Shown here in pieces: positions 1 to 10,145 of a DNA stretch of 64,000 nt. The stretch spans positions 1-64,000 of the forward strand of contig JBEKXF010000002.1 of NCBI GenBank assembly GCA_049512315.1, in the 5' to 3' direction. How positions within the stretch are numbered: the stretch's first letter is position 1; the number at the start of each line of letters is the position of its first letter. Below the pieces are notes generated by a model. The model had not been told where the DNA came from and did not search any database. It saw nothing but the letters and a program-made list of their open reading frames with translations. Made by a program: the position numbers and the translations under genes. The stretch is from Candidatus Aminicenantales bacterium. Its GTDB lineage: Bacteria; Acidobacteriota; Aminicenantia; Aminicenantales; Saccharicenantaceae.

Positions 1-151
1 TCCGAGCGCTTGGGTTGACGGAGGCCACTTAGATGTCGCCGTCACAACAGTGTCCGGGACGGCTCTTGCCGCGTGTGAGCCAATTCAAGTTAACCAAGTT
101 AAGTTTTTGCCCGAAAAGCCGGTTAATTAGCGGCCAGGGTTGGGACTCTCC

Positions 152-240
152 CCGTGTGCCAGCCGTGTGCCGGTGGCGTGCCAGATTAGGTTGAAAACGC
201 CGGAAGATTACGGTTTCGGACGGAAAGACGATGAGGGGTC
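152..240 (+). repeat. Integrase arm-like sequence (three 11-bp-periodic GTGTGCC-type repeats plus tail); diverged direct copy of 43865-44020
   Basis: 152-206 aligns to 43865-43920 with about 7 mismatches and 1 indel; tail gattaggttgaaaa...cggaaag matches 43963-44020. Confidence 0.7.
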
Positions 241-263
241 AAGGCTCATACTGCTCACCGAAA

Positions 264-2264
264 CTATTTAAATACAAAGCTCGGACCGCCTTCGAGGGCG
301 ATCCGGCTCTGGATGCCGTGTTCGGAGAATCCCGGCCCTACCCCAAACTTTAGATTGACATCCGTCTCGAGGGCCATGTCTTGATATCCGTTTTTATCCA
401 CCGTCACTGACCAGCCAGTCTTGGCTTCTAACTCGGCGCGCGGTATCGGGCCTTCCGCAACAGCAAACTTTGCTCCCCCCCCCACCCAGACGGTCGTTTC
501 TCCCTTTTTCCGATTATACTCCACCGAGGCCATGAGACCCTCCCCGGCCTCGAATTTTACGGACTCGCAGGACAGCGTCAAGTCGAAGCCTGGGGAGAGT
601 CCCCAGTGACGCTCTTCCGGGCATCGGCCAGCCTTGTCCTGGGGAGAGGGATCTTCGATCTGCTGCGGAGTCGGGGGGGGCGGCGGGATACACTCCAAAT
701 CTGAATAGGCTTTGCCTGTGGCCAGGGCGCGCTGGGCCCAGCCGAGGATATTGAGATAAGGATTAAGAACGTTCATCCGACGTTCGTTATTTTCGAACTT
801 GTTCAAGTCGGGACGATGGATCCTGGCGAGAATAGGGTCGGTAAAGCAGACATAATCGGTGACTACCTGCCGATAGTCGTCCCAATTATCTTTAAACAGC
901 TTGTAAATCGCCGCGTATTGATCTGCAAGGTATTTCTTTTTCTGGAGGCAATGCTGGTATTCCTCCTCTTTCTCCTTCTGCAGGACCCTGTCGATGCAGG
1001 CCTGGTTATCGCCGCACGCCAATAGCTCCTGGTTCAGGGCTTGCATTCGCTGATTATAGGCCATTTCTTGATTGCCAAACGCCTGGATTCCAGACTGGGC
1101 GATCTCATTCCAGTCATTCAGGCCGTCCCCGTATCTTTTTAAGTAACCCCGGTCACCGAGGAAAATTTGATAGATATCGTCCAGCATGAAGAGCTCTTTC
1201 TCGTAGGTCCTGGGGTAAATGACGGACCGCGCGCTCCTCTGGACCGTCGGTTCAGCCTGGCCGAACGAGGACTGGGCCAGTGGATTTACGGCTTGAACGC
1301 GCTGTGTCAACTCTTCTCCGACCTTCTGCGTCAGATTCCCGACGGCCTCAAGGTCCTCATCGGTGCCGCCCGGCTGGCGGCCTATTGGAAGCTCAGGAAG
1401 CTGGTAGTCGCAGGGCGTTTCTTGTCCTATGGCGACCGGCTGGGAATCGGTGAGCGTGTTTCCGGCATCCTTAGCGGCCTGCTCGGACTCCATGAGGGCG
1501 GACGCGCCCACAGGGGAGAAACGGATCCTCAGCGATTGGCGCAGATAGGAGGCGGCAAGGACATGATTGCCCTTGCACCTTGCGATGAGGCCCAGGCCAA
1601 GTTTTGGACCTGAGAGGCCGGGGGCCAGCCCCTCGGCTCTTTCAAAATAGGTCTTGGCGTTCTGCGAGTCGCCGATATCGTAGAAAAGCCAGGCCAGGTT
1701 GAGGATCACCAGGGAGACTCCGGGTCTCAGCTTGTCTGCATAGAGGAGGACGAGACAGGCCCGGGCATAATCGTTCACCCCGAGAAGCGCAACACCGAGG
1801 TTATTAGCCGTCAGGGCATCTCCGGGCTTCTTCAGGGCACTCTGGGCCAACACGTATACGGAAGCTGAACCGGCGCCCATGCCGGCCAGGAGCGCGCCCA
1901 AGTTGGGCCCGTCCGTCTCTTGCGGGGCACTCTCCAAGCCTCGGTCTATCTCCGGCCGAGTCTTCGCCAAACGGTTGCCGTACTCCCGGACCAGGTCTTG
2001 CAGCAGGCTCGCATACTCGTCGGATGTGGGCGGCCGATTCGGCATTCCAGCGAGCTTCGACTTCGGAGGACAGGGCTCTCCCTCCTGAGGCTGCTCGCCC
2101 TTCTTAATGATTTCCTGTGTCGGCCCGGCATCAGACGAATCCTCAACCGAACAGGGCAGGCCATGAGCGCGCCGGCCTTGTGTCGTTGATGCCCGCGTCT
2201 GGAGAATGAATACGCAGGCCAGGGCGAGCAGACTCAGCTTCAGAATGATGAGAGTCTTTTTCAT
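264..2264 (-). CDS. Secreted TPR-repeat protein
   Basis: Signal-peptide-like MKKTLIILKLSLLALACV start (2264); TPR helices ANNLGVALL, LNLAWLFYDIGD, LGLGLIA. Confidence 0.75.
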   Translation of the reverse strand: MKKTLIILKLSLLALACVFILQTRASTTQGRRAHGLPCSVEDSSDAGPTQEIIKKGEQPQEGEPCPPKSKLAGMPNRPPTSDEYASLLQDLVREYGNRLAKTRPEIDRGLESAPQETDGPNLGALLAGMGAGSASVYVLAQSALKKPGDALTANNLGVALLGVNDYARACLVLLYADKLRPGVSLVILNLAWLFYDIGDSQNAKTYFERAEGLAPGLSGPKLGLGLIARCKGNHVLAASYLRQSLRIRFSPVGASALMESEQAAKDAGNTLTDSQPVAIGQETPCDYQLPELPIGRQPGGTDEDLEAVGNLTQKVGEELTQRVQAVNPLAQSSFGQAEPTVQRSARSVIYPRTYEKELFMLDDIYQIFLGDRGYLKRYGDGLNDWNEIAQSGIQAFGNQEMAYNQRMQALNQELLACGDNQACIDRVLQKEKEEEYQHCLQKKKYLADQYAAIYKLFKDNWDDYRQVVTDYVCFTDPILARIHRPDLNKFENNERRMNVLNPYLNILGWAQRALATGKAYSDLECIPPPPPTPQQIEDPSPQDKAGRCPEERHWGLSPGFDLTLSCESVKFEAGEGLMASVEYNRKKGETTVWVGGGAKFAVAEGPIPRAELEAKTGWSVTVDKNGYQDMALETDVNLKFGVGPGFSEHGIQSRIALEGGPSFVFK

Positions 2265-2346
2265 CAATGACGAGCCGCGACAACGTCGAAGCCGATCGTG
2301 CATGGCATCTCTCCTATAGGAAAATGTCGACAAGAACTCCTGGTCT

Positions 2347-3546
2347 TCAATCGAACAGGGCCATGACCTTGTTCCAGTCGAGTGTATCCCTGAGTTCCAG
2401 GATCCGGAGTTGAGCAGGGTCGGGATTTTCCGGGTGGCGGCGAGCCTCCTCAGCCGAGCGCAGCCCGATAATCACGATCGACTGAAGGGCCGTCCGGGGC
2501 AAGGATTTGTTGAAAAATTCCGGATTGGGGGAAACGAGAGGCCGGGCCCCGGCCTCGTTCGGTTCCACCAGGCCCGAGGCGCGCAGGCTCGTCTTCCAGT
2601 CCCCGAAGTAGGCCTGTGAGGCTCGCTCCTGGGGTGTCAGGGAAGCGAGCTCCGCTTGAAGTGCTTTCAGGTATTCGCCCGGGATGAAGCGCAACCAGCC
2701 GGGATGCTCAGCGGCATCCTTTTTTATCTGGAGGCCAACTCCTTGTGCGTTCTTTTCTGCTTCCTCGCGGTCCGCCTTATCGAGCCGGGCGAGGTTCTGT
2801 TGCGATTCATTAAGACTCTCTTGCTCCGCCTTGGCGGCTTTCTGCGCCCAGTCCATCGCATGACGGAGGAAACGCTCGCGGGTTACGGGAATCCATGATG
2901 GCTTTTGAATTTTCGTAAAGACCACGGCGTCGCATTCGTACAAGGGCCGGCCCTGGAGGACGCCGACGGCTTTTGGCGTATAGAAGAATGTCCCTAGTTC
3001 GTCCTCCATGTGCCTTGTGTTCGTCTCCGCCCCCCCGTCCTCATAGACTTCCTTGCCCGTCTCGCGGATCCCGGTGAAGATAGGATTGAGCTCATTGATG
3101 AATATCCATAACTCATCCGGCTCATCGACATCGGGCTGGCCCGCGGTATTGATGATATAGGGCGCGAGCTTGATGCACACATTGCCATGGACCGGCCAAA
3201 ATGGACGAGGGTTCATTTCCTCCCAGCCCCAGGGAAAGCCCCAGTCGACGTCCCCCCCGTGGCTCGCTTCGACGCCCACCGGCGGGTTGAGGGTTTTCGC
3301 TTCTCGAAAGATCGCAACCAGTTTCTGCAATTTCTGGATGAAGATACTGCGTTCTTGTTCGGTCAGGCCAGAGGCCGCCTCGTCATTCATGTCGATCGCT
3401 CCGGGACGCCACTTTCCGACTTTATCCGGCTGGTAGTGAGTTTCCGCGTCGTTCTGGGCCAGGGCCGATTGAGGAGTAACAAGCATGATGGCACAAAACC
3501 CAAAGAAAGCTATTCGACCGACAGCCATCGTTCTTGATCTGCTCAC
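2347..3546 (-). CDS. Secreted hypothetical protein
   Basis: 399-aa ORF, AGGAGG RBS before GTG, signal peptide ending ALA-Q; co-oriented with the TPR gene. Confidence 0.75.
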   Translation of the reverse strand: MSRSRTMAVGRIAFFGFCAIMLVTPQSALAQNDAETHYQPDKVGKWRPGAIDMNDEAASGLTEQERSIFIQKLQKLVAIFREAKTLNPPVGVEASHGGDVDWGFPWGWEEMNPRPFWPVHGNVCIKLAPYIINTAGQPDVDEPDELWIFINELNPIFTGIRETGKEVYEDGGAETNTRHMEDELGTFFYTPKAVGVLQGRPLYECDAVVFTKIQKPSWIPVTRERFLRHAMDWAQKAAKAEQESLNESQQNLARLDKADREEAEKNAQGVGLQIKKDAAEHPGWLRFIPGEYLKALQAELASLTPQERASQAYFGDWKTSLRASGLVEPNEAGARPLVSPNPEFFNKSLPRTALQSIVIIGLRSAEEARRHPENPDPAQLRILELRDTLDWNKVMALFD

Positions 3547-3879
3547 GTCTGCCTCCTTTTATTCCCTATGGTCAGGAATCCCTTTCCCCAGCGCGCGCAT
3601 ACGTCAACATGAGATCTTGAAGGGATGCTCCCCACTTGAGCCGATGATATCGCCGGTTGCAGATTTGTGTCAAGAACTCGAAATCCGGAGGCCCGGAACC
3701 TCGGAAGGCAGATTGTCGGGTAGATCGTTGATTTTCTCGGGGCAACAGGGGCAAATTAATGCCGTACATTAATATACGATTATATAACCCACCTCAAACA
3801 CAATAGTCTCGAGGACCAAATCAAAATCTTAAGGGAAGCCCGGGGGAAACTCTGCCCCGAGGCGGCATAAGGGGGAAGC

Positions 3880-4125
3880 ATGTCTAATCTCACGGATCGA
3901 AATGTCGGGGAGTTCTTTGCCCCCGATGCGGGGAGGGCCATCGAAAACATCAAGGCCCTCCTATCGGACATCCAAGCCGAGCGCAGAGAGAGGGGCACCG
4001 GTCCTGAACCGTTCAGCCCGGGGGAGCGCGAGCGATTCGCCGGCAAGGCCCTAGAGTTGCTCCAGGCGCTCTCGGAAGAAAACGCCGACGATGCCTATAT
4101 CGAGGTATCGGACGGCGAATATTAA
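3880..4125 (+). CDS. Small hypothetical protein upstream of primase
   Basis: 81-aa ORF with G-rich RBS, ends 15 bp before the primase start. Confidence 0.55.
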   Translation: MSNLTDRNVGEFFAPDAGRAIENIKALLSDIQAERRERGTGPEPFSPGERERFAGKALELLQALSEENADDAYIEVSDGEY

Positions 4126-4140
4126 CAAGGGAGAAAATCA

Positions 4141-7050
4141 ATGCCTAACACGACAAACAACCTATCGGAAACAAAACAGTTTATCGAAGCCTTATTTTCC
4201 CGTTACTTCAAGGACCACGACGGCCACGTTGAGCTGCGACTCATCGGCCAGGACACCGGGTCGAAATTCTACTCCAAGGGCGAGATCGGGGAAAACGACT
4301 GGGCCGAAATCGAGCGGCTCAACGCGTCTTATCATGTCTATTTCGGGGTGAACCCCCGCCCCCTGAGCAGAGCCAAAAAGCAGGACGACATCGTGGACGT
4401 CGTCTGCCTCTGGGCCGACGTCGACGGGAAAGACTTCGAGGGGGGCAAGGAAGAGGCACTGCGGCGCGCGCGGGGATTCCCAATCGCCCCGTCCATCGTG
4501 GCCGACTCGGGTCACGGCTGTCACTGCTACTGGATGCTAGCCGAACCGATCATCGGCCTGGCCGGCGAACAGCGTCTCCGGTTCAAGCGGATCCTCGCCG
4601 GGCTCGTGAAGGAACTGGGGGGCGACCGCAGCAGGGTGAACCTCGACTCCTGCCTCAGGCTTCCTGGCACCCTGAACATCAAGGAAGGAGGGCCCATCGC
4701 ATGCCGAATTCTGGCCCTCACGGACCAGGTATACGGGCTGGAGGATTTCGAGCGGTTCGAAGACGCTGGCTACCAGGAGCCCGCCGGGGCGGACGAGCCC
4801 CTCCCCGCCTTCGGGTCCAAGACGAAATCAATCAGCCTGGATGATGCGCAATCCGCAAAGGCGGACGTGGAAGGACTCGAGATCTCCTCCAAGACCAAGA
4901 ACCTCATCCTCACCGGGTCCCTGCTGCGGGAGAAGGGAGCGGACAGGACCAGGTCGGGAAGGGACTTTTCCATCATCTGCTCCCTTATCTACTGGGACTA
5001 CGATTACCAGACCATCCACAGCGTCTTCTTCAATCCCTTCCTCGGCTGCTCGAACAGGATAACGCAAGAGGGCAACGGCGAGAAGGCCCTCAAATGGGAC
5101 GTCCAATCGGCCTTGAAGAGGGTTCAGAAACGGAGGAGCAAGGGCACCCCGCAGAGCATGCAGATAGCCGCGATCAAGTCCACCAAGTACATGACCGTCG
5201 ACCAGAAGCGCCAGGAGATCGGGGCCTTCATCGTGCAGGACCTGCTGACCGGCCCCGAGGCCGCAGGCCGGGGATTCAAGGACCAGGACACAGGGGCCTA
5301 TTACTTTTTCGACAAGGAAGAGAAGATGCTCATGGCCCTTACGGGAACCGATTTTTACTGCTTCATGCGGGAGCGGTTCGGCCTCGCCAACAAGGACTTC
5401 GAGGAATACAGGGACGCCGTCATGGCCGCCATCTGGACCTCCAAGAGCTCGGTCGTCCCCAGGCGGTTCGCTTATTGGAGCCAGGACGAGTTCACCCTCT
5501 ACGTCAGCGACAACGCCAACGGCGTCCATAAGCTGGACGGGATGAAGATCGAGCTCTGCGACAACGGCGTCGACGGCGTCTTTTTCGAGTACGACCCTTC
5601 CCTTTTGCCCTTCACCTTCAACCGAGACCTGCCGGCGGTCAACTATTTCGAGTCCCCCGCCAAGAGGGGGAGCATCGAGCTGGACGATCTGGGGCTGGAC
5701 CTCGAGCGGTTCGACGGGAGCGACAACCTCCTGAGACGGTTCCTGATCGACAGGGCCTCCTTCACCCAAGACGCGGGCAGTCGCCTTTCGCCGGAAGCGC
5801 ACAGGCTGCTCCTGGTCGTCTACTTCTATTCCCTCTTCTTCGAGTCCATGATGCGGGAGAAACCCGTGGCCTGCTTCATAGGGACCAAGGAGAGCGGGAA
5901 GTCGTTTCTCGCCTCGTCCATAGGGAAGATATTCTTCGGGGACAGGTACGAAAGCACGGGCCTGCCCAAGTCGCCCCACGACCTGGCCGTGGTCATGGAG
6001 AAGAGGCCCTACCTGGTCATCGACAACCTCGACAGCTACCTCAAGAGCGAGATGCTGAACCTTCTGTGCGCGGTCGCGACCGGCGTCACGGAGGCCAACC
6101 GGGCGCTTTACACGGACAACGATATGATCTGGTTCACCCCTCGGTGCTTTCTGGCGATCACGTCGAGGGAGCCCAAGTTCACGCGGGACGATTTCGTCAG
6201 CCGGCTCCTGGTGTTCAACATGCAGAAGATCGACAACCCCCTCTCCCGCTCGGAGCTGATCGATTCGTTGCTACAGAACCGCTCGGCGATCATGGCCGAG
6301 GCCCTGGCGAACCTCAACTCGATCGTCAAGATCCTCCTCCTCCAGGAGGACCGCAAACTCTGCGCGGGAAAAAGCTGGCGTCCGACCCCGTGCTATTCGC
6401 GCCTGGCCGACTGGGAGACGTTCGGCAGAAAGATCTGCTGCCCCTCGACGAGGGACAAGTTCACATCGACCATCCAATCCATGAACCAGACGAAGGACGA
6501 ATTCGTCCTGGAGGATGATCAACTCTACCAGGTCCTGAATTACGCCATTTACGAAGGCGATCAAACCGTCCGGGATCTCTCCGCCCAGGAGCTGTACTCG
6601 AGATTGGTCGAGACCTCCGAGGGCATGAAGATGGAGGGCTTCGCCAAGCACTACAGGAACGCCAGATCAATGGCCAAGCACCTGGCCAACATCGTCAGCG
6701 AACTGCGGCAGAAATTCGTGGTCGATATCATCGAAAAGGGCGGGAGGAGGAAATTATACAGCTTCAAGGCCATTGGAGGCGACCAATCCGTCCCCGAGGA
6801 AACAACCGAAGCTGTCGAGACGCCGGCGCGCAAAAGCATCGAACGGCCAACAGACGAAGTGATCCTAACCGAAGTCGTACGGAGGGCCGCCGAACTCCGC
6901 GCTAAGGATCCCAACTTCAAACTCCAATCAGCCGAGGAGCTAGAAGCCGCCGATTTAAAACGCTGGGATAGAGAAGAAAAAGAACGTCAGGCAGGACTCG
7001 GGAATAAGGAGGACGGGGAACAGGCAGACGAAACATCAGATCAGGATTAA
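4141..7050 (+). CDS. RepB-type DNA primase fused to P-loop helicase (mobile-element replication protein)
   Basis: VYFGVNPR, LWADVD, SGHGCHCYW, LRLPGT primase motifs; C-terminal Walker A GTKESGKS and Walker B LVIDN. Confidence 0.85.
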   Translation: MPNTTNNLSETKQFIEALFSRYFKDHDGHVELRLIGQDTGSKFYSKGEIGENDWAEIERLNASYHVYFGVNPRPLSRAKKQDDIVDVVCLWADVDGKDFEGGKEEALRRARGFPIAPSIVADSGHGCHCYWMLAEPIIGLAGEQRLRFKRILAGLVKELGGDRSRVNLDSCLRLPGTLNIKEGGPIACRILALTDQVYGLEDFERFEDAGYQEPAGADEPLPAFGSKTKSISLDDAQSAKADVEGLEISSKTKNLILTGSLLREKGADRTRSGRDFSIICSLIYWDYDYQTIHSVFFNPFLGCSNRITQEGNGEKALKWDVQSALKRVQKRRSKGTPQSMQIAAIKSTKYMTVDQKRQEIGAFIVQDLLTGPEAAGRGFKDQDTGAYYFFDKEEKMLMALTGTDFYCFMRERFGLANKDFEEYRDAVMAAIWTSKSSVVPRRFAYWSQDEFTLYVSDNANGVHKLDGMKIELCDNGVDGVFFEYDPSLLPFTFNRDLPAVNYFESPAKRGSIELDDLGLDLERFDGSDNLLRRFLIDRASFTQDAGSRLSPEAHRLLLVVYFYSLFFESMMREKPVACFIGTKESGKSFLASSIGKIFFGDRYESTGLPKSPHDLAVVMEKRPYLVIDNLDSYLKSEMLNLLCAVATGVTEANRALYTDNDMIWFTPRCFLAITSREPKFTRDDFVSRLLVFNMQKIDNPLSRSELIDSLLQNRSAIMAEALANLNSIVKILLLQEDRKLCAGKSWRPTPCYSRLADWETFGRKICCPSTRDKFTSTIQSMNQTKDEFVLEDDQLYQVLNYAIYEGDQTVRDLSAQELYSRLVETSEGMKMEGFAKHYRNARSMAKHLANIVSELRQKFVVDIIEKGGRRKLYSFKAIGGDQSVPEETTEAVETPARKSIERPTDEVILTEVVRRAAELRAKDPNFKLQSAEELEAADLKRWDREEKERQAGLGNKEDGEQADETSDQD

Positions 7051-7112
7051 TCGGCAAGGCGGGGCCGCCTGGGTGATGCTCTAGCCTGTCTGGTCACGCC
7101 CAGGAAGAGACT

Positions 7113-7808
7113 TTATGGGCGGTTCCAGGTAATTTCGCAAGCAAGGAACTCGCTTATTACCAAGCGAACGAGGATAACGTCGTCGAGGAAGGTTAAATAC
7201 CGGTACCTGCCAGGTTGCACCACGATCCAATCCGCGGCCCCAGTGCGAGATTGGACTTGCCTTGTGAGCGCCCGGCTCCCCGTTTCTGCCAATAATGAGA
7301 ATCTTGGGGGTGTCTCAAACAGGTCGAGTTCGCCGCTGCTTAAGGCAGCCAACGGGCGAAACATAAGCGAATCTGGGCTAGAGAGAATGGGCTCGCCAAG
7401 CTCATAAGCCACATGGCCTTGGCCTAACTTGTGCATAAGGCTTGCGATTCTACTGCTATCTTCTTCAAGCAATAACCATCCACGTATCCGCTCCGAAGCA
7501 TCACCCAGTTTGGATGCAATTCCGGGCTTACTCGACAGAATCTTCCTTATTTTCTTGCGGTTTATGCCGTCGATAGAGGCCGAGCCCGCCCGGGCCCACT
7601 CGATTAAGCAAGGCACATATTCTTCGTCCTTGGAAAAATCAGAATTGCATTTCTGGCAGGGGTGGATAGTCGGCAGGTTCTTCGGGTAAGGTTCATCAAG
7701 CAGCACTTTGGAAGGCACGTGGTCTCTGTTCTTTGGTTCTGTGGTCCGTCCGCAATAAGGGCAGAATATTTTATTACGTTCGTCTGAGAAGTCTCTTATT
7801 TGTCCCAC
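7113..7808 (-). CDS. HNH-type endonuclease domain protein
   Basis: CPYCG...DHVP...CQKCN zinc/HNH pattern. Confidence 0.75.
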   Translation of the reverse strand: MGQIRDFSDERNKIFCPYCGRTTEPKNRDHVPSKVLLDEPYPKNLPTIHPCQKCNSDFSKDEEYVPCLIEWARAGSASIDGINRKKIRKILSSKPGIASKLGDASERIRGWLLLEEDSSRIASLMHKLGQGHVAYELGEPILSSPDSLMFRPLAALSSGELDLFETPPRFSLLAETGSRALTRQVQSRTGAADWIVVQPGRYRYLTFLDDVILVRLVISEFLACEITWNRP

Positions 7809-7845
7809 CCGTTTTGCTTCCGTATAGAAACCGATATGGGTCCGA

Positions 7846-8610
7846 TTACCACTTTTTTTTAGTACTCGCCGCCGTCAAAGCGGACTTGCATAATCCTACT
7901 GCGTTAAATTGGCACGCTTCGCACTTATGTGCCTTCCTGGTCGGGAGAGCAGCCCTCTGTTTTTTCCAATACCCAATAGCCCAGTCGAGATTCTTTTTCG
8001 TATTGTCCAGCGAATAAGAATAAAGTTGCCCATACAGCCCACGCCCTTCAATGTTCGTTCTTTCTAATCTTCTTTGGCGCATTTTGAGCGCTTCTGCTTG
8101 CAAGAGAGGAGTGATATCGTCGCAAACATCTTCAAGTTCCTTCATTTCTGGTTCAACGATAACAATCCCGCAAATCAGATTATTTGTATCAAGGTAGTTT
8201 TTGTGCAATAGGAAGCCGTAAGTGTCTACTTGGATTCGATGCGACGGAAAGATACGTTTATGCTTAGAGAACTTATAGTCCAATAAAAAAAGAGCTTTCC
8301 CGCCCTTAATTGAGAAATAGTCTGGTATGCCCTTGATTCTGACGCCTCGATAGACGCCTTCAAAACGGATTTCCCTAAAAGACGCCGGTTTCCCGCTCTT
8401 AATGAGTTCTTTAATTTCTTTTTCCGTTAGTTCTTCAGTTTCACTTGCGAACAGTTCATGTATCGATGTCCCATAGGTTAATTCAGGTGAAGTGAATTCG
8501 ATCCCTGGATGCCTATACTGCAGTTCTACCGCCTTTTCACAATACCATTGTTCTGCGATTATCGAAGCCGGAATAAAATTCAGATCGAATCGAATCTGGG
8601 CCCTTCCCAT
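7846..8610 (-). CDS. Cas4-like PD-(D/E)XK nuclease with Fe-S cysteines
   Basis: N-terminal Cys (WYCEK), GTSIH, GIPD, DYK, QxxxY, C-terminal CEAC...C. Confidence 0.75.
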   Translation of the reverse strand: MGRAQIRFDLNFIPASIIAEQWYCEKAVELQYRHPGIEFTSPELTYGTSIHELFASETEELTEKEIKELIKSGKPASFREIRFEGVYRGVRIKGIPDYFSIKGGKALFLLDYKFSKHKRIFPSHRIQVDTYGFLLHKNYLDTNNLICGIVIVEPEMKELEDVCDDITPLLQAEALKMRQRRLERTNIEGRGLYGQLYSYSLDNTKKNLDWAIGYWKKQRAALPTRKAHKCEACQFNAVGLCKSALTAASTKKKW

Positions 8611-8822
8611 TGCCTTTTACTCCCCCCGTTATCCTATAACGCCAATCCCGACTGCGCAATGAATAATATCGCTGCCTAGACTATAAGGCCGGCGGGGAGG
8701 CCGGGTGGGGACCCGGGCGCTCCCCCATTCCTGTTGAAAGGGCGCTGGTTGGGCGGATGTTTGGCCTCACACCTAAAGGACGACGATGGGCAGTTTGTTT
8801 TCTTACCCTCTTTGGAGCGCCT

Positions 8823-8943
8823 TAGTGAATGTAGTGAATGTGGTGAGGTTGCGAAATATTCCTTTAGGGAAAATGTGCTGTTTTTATGACACAATTATAT
8901 ACACGTTATTAAAAGCGCTATTTTAAATTCACTATATTCACTA
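8823..8943. repeat. Iteron-like inverted repeat cluster around AT-rich core (putative ori)
   Basis: tagtgaatg x2 plus a degenerate third copy at 8823-8849; inverted attcacta x2 at 8927-8943. Confidence 0.6.
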
Positions 8944-9050
8944 TTCTCCCTTTGATAGAGGACCTTGGTCCCCAAAAAGATGTACCCTCCCCCGGTTTTG
9001 CCGGCGGTCGGTCAGCAGCCAGTCGGCCCGGGCGCCCTATTTAACTGGAG

Positions 9051-9444
9051 GTGTTAGAGCCGGGAGATCTTCACCGTTCGCTGCCGAAGACGGTTGTCCT
9101 GGATGACGTCCTGTGCATCAAGCGGCTGAGGACGGTTAACTCGGGATATCTGGTGAGGTGGCGAGGCCGGAGGTTCGTGCCAGTGCGGCCGTCTCTGACT
9201 CTTCGACGTCAGAAGATCGTGGTGCTGGAACGGTTCGGTGGCCGGGTATCTTTCCGGTTCAAGGGCGAGGATCTGGAGTATCAGGAAGTCGGGGAACCCG
9301 GGCCGAAGAAGACTGAGCCGCCTCCGATCAGGCCGAGGTCAAAGCCCCCAAATTACACCCCTCCGCCGACCCATCCCTGGCGGCATCTGACCTTCAGAGC
9401 TGGGCATCCATGGTAGAACCGGAACTATTCACTATGCCTTGACA
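9051..9444 (+). pseudogene. ISNCY (IS1202-like) transposase C-terminal remnant with right end
   Basis: GDLHRSLP..LDDVLCIK..RTV..PPPTHPWR tail; terminus ...gccttgaca at 9444; N-terminal DDE part absent. Confidence 0.7.
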
Positions 9445-9498
9445 AGCTAAAAATACTACTTGATTATTATGCCCACGCCAGTATACATTATGTGTGCA

Positions 9499-10134
9499 AT
9501 GGCCACGAGCAAAAAGGACAACTATTCCCAAAAAGAAATTGAGTTGCTACGTCATATTAGAAACGCAATCATGCAATCAGGTCGTAGCCCATCCATAAGA
9601 GATATGCAAAAGACGATGGGATATAAGTCTCCCAGATCTGTGACGGTATTATTGCGGCGCCTAATTGACAAAGGTGTGATAAAAAAACACGGGTCAAGGG
9701 GGTTGGCCATTGCCAATGAGCCTGAGAAGACCCAATATAATGCTCTTACAATTAATGTTCCGCTTGTCGGCGAGGCCTCTTGCGGATTTCCACTTCTAGC
9801 CGAAGAACATATCCTGGCTATGATTCCTGTTTCAACCGAGTTGGCCACTCCTCCACATCGGTACTTTTTATTACGTGCGAGAGGCGATTCGATGGACAAA
9901 GCGGGAATAGAAGACGGTGATATAATTCTGGTTAGACAACAGCCTACTGCAAAAAACGGAGACATTGTCGTTGCTCTGATTGACTCTGAAACGACAATCA
10001 AATACGTCTTTAAAGAAAAAGAACTTCTCATACTAAAGCCATTTTCCAGGAACAATAGCCATACCCCAATCGTCTTGCATCGTGACTTTATTGTACAGGG
10101 AGTAGTTGTAAGATCACTAGGCAAGATAAATTAA
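9499..10134 (+). CDS. lexA: LexA-family repressor (S24 autopeptidase)
   Basis: wHTH GRSPSIRDMQKTMGYKS; VPLVGEASCG cleavage loop; GDSM Ser and TIK Lys; start uncertain (9460-9499). Confidence 0.9.
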   Translation: MATSKKDNYSQKEIELLRHIRNAIMQSGRSPSIRDMQKTMGYKSPRSVTVLLRRLIDKGVIKKHGSRGLAIANEPEKTQYNALTINVPLVGEASCGFPLLAEEHILAMIPVSTELATPPHRYFLLRARGDSMDKAGIEDGDIILVRQQPTAKNGDIVVALIDSETTIKYVFKEKELLILKPFSRNNSHTPIVLHRDFIVQGVVVRSLGKIN

Positions 10135-10145
10135 TCAAGAGGGAA

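Noticed and set aside
2..130. Open frame ending FLPEKPVN* as a possible integrase C-terminus
   Set aside because: Short, truncated by the window edge, no catalytic motif visible
174..182. tggcgtgcc matching the tRNA-Arg 3' end
   Set aside because: Only 9 bp and already explained as the third arm repeat
7846..8610. CRISPR-Cas locus suggested by the Cas4-like gene
   Set aside because: No repeat-spacer array or other cas genes seen
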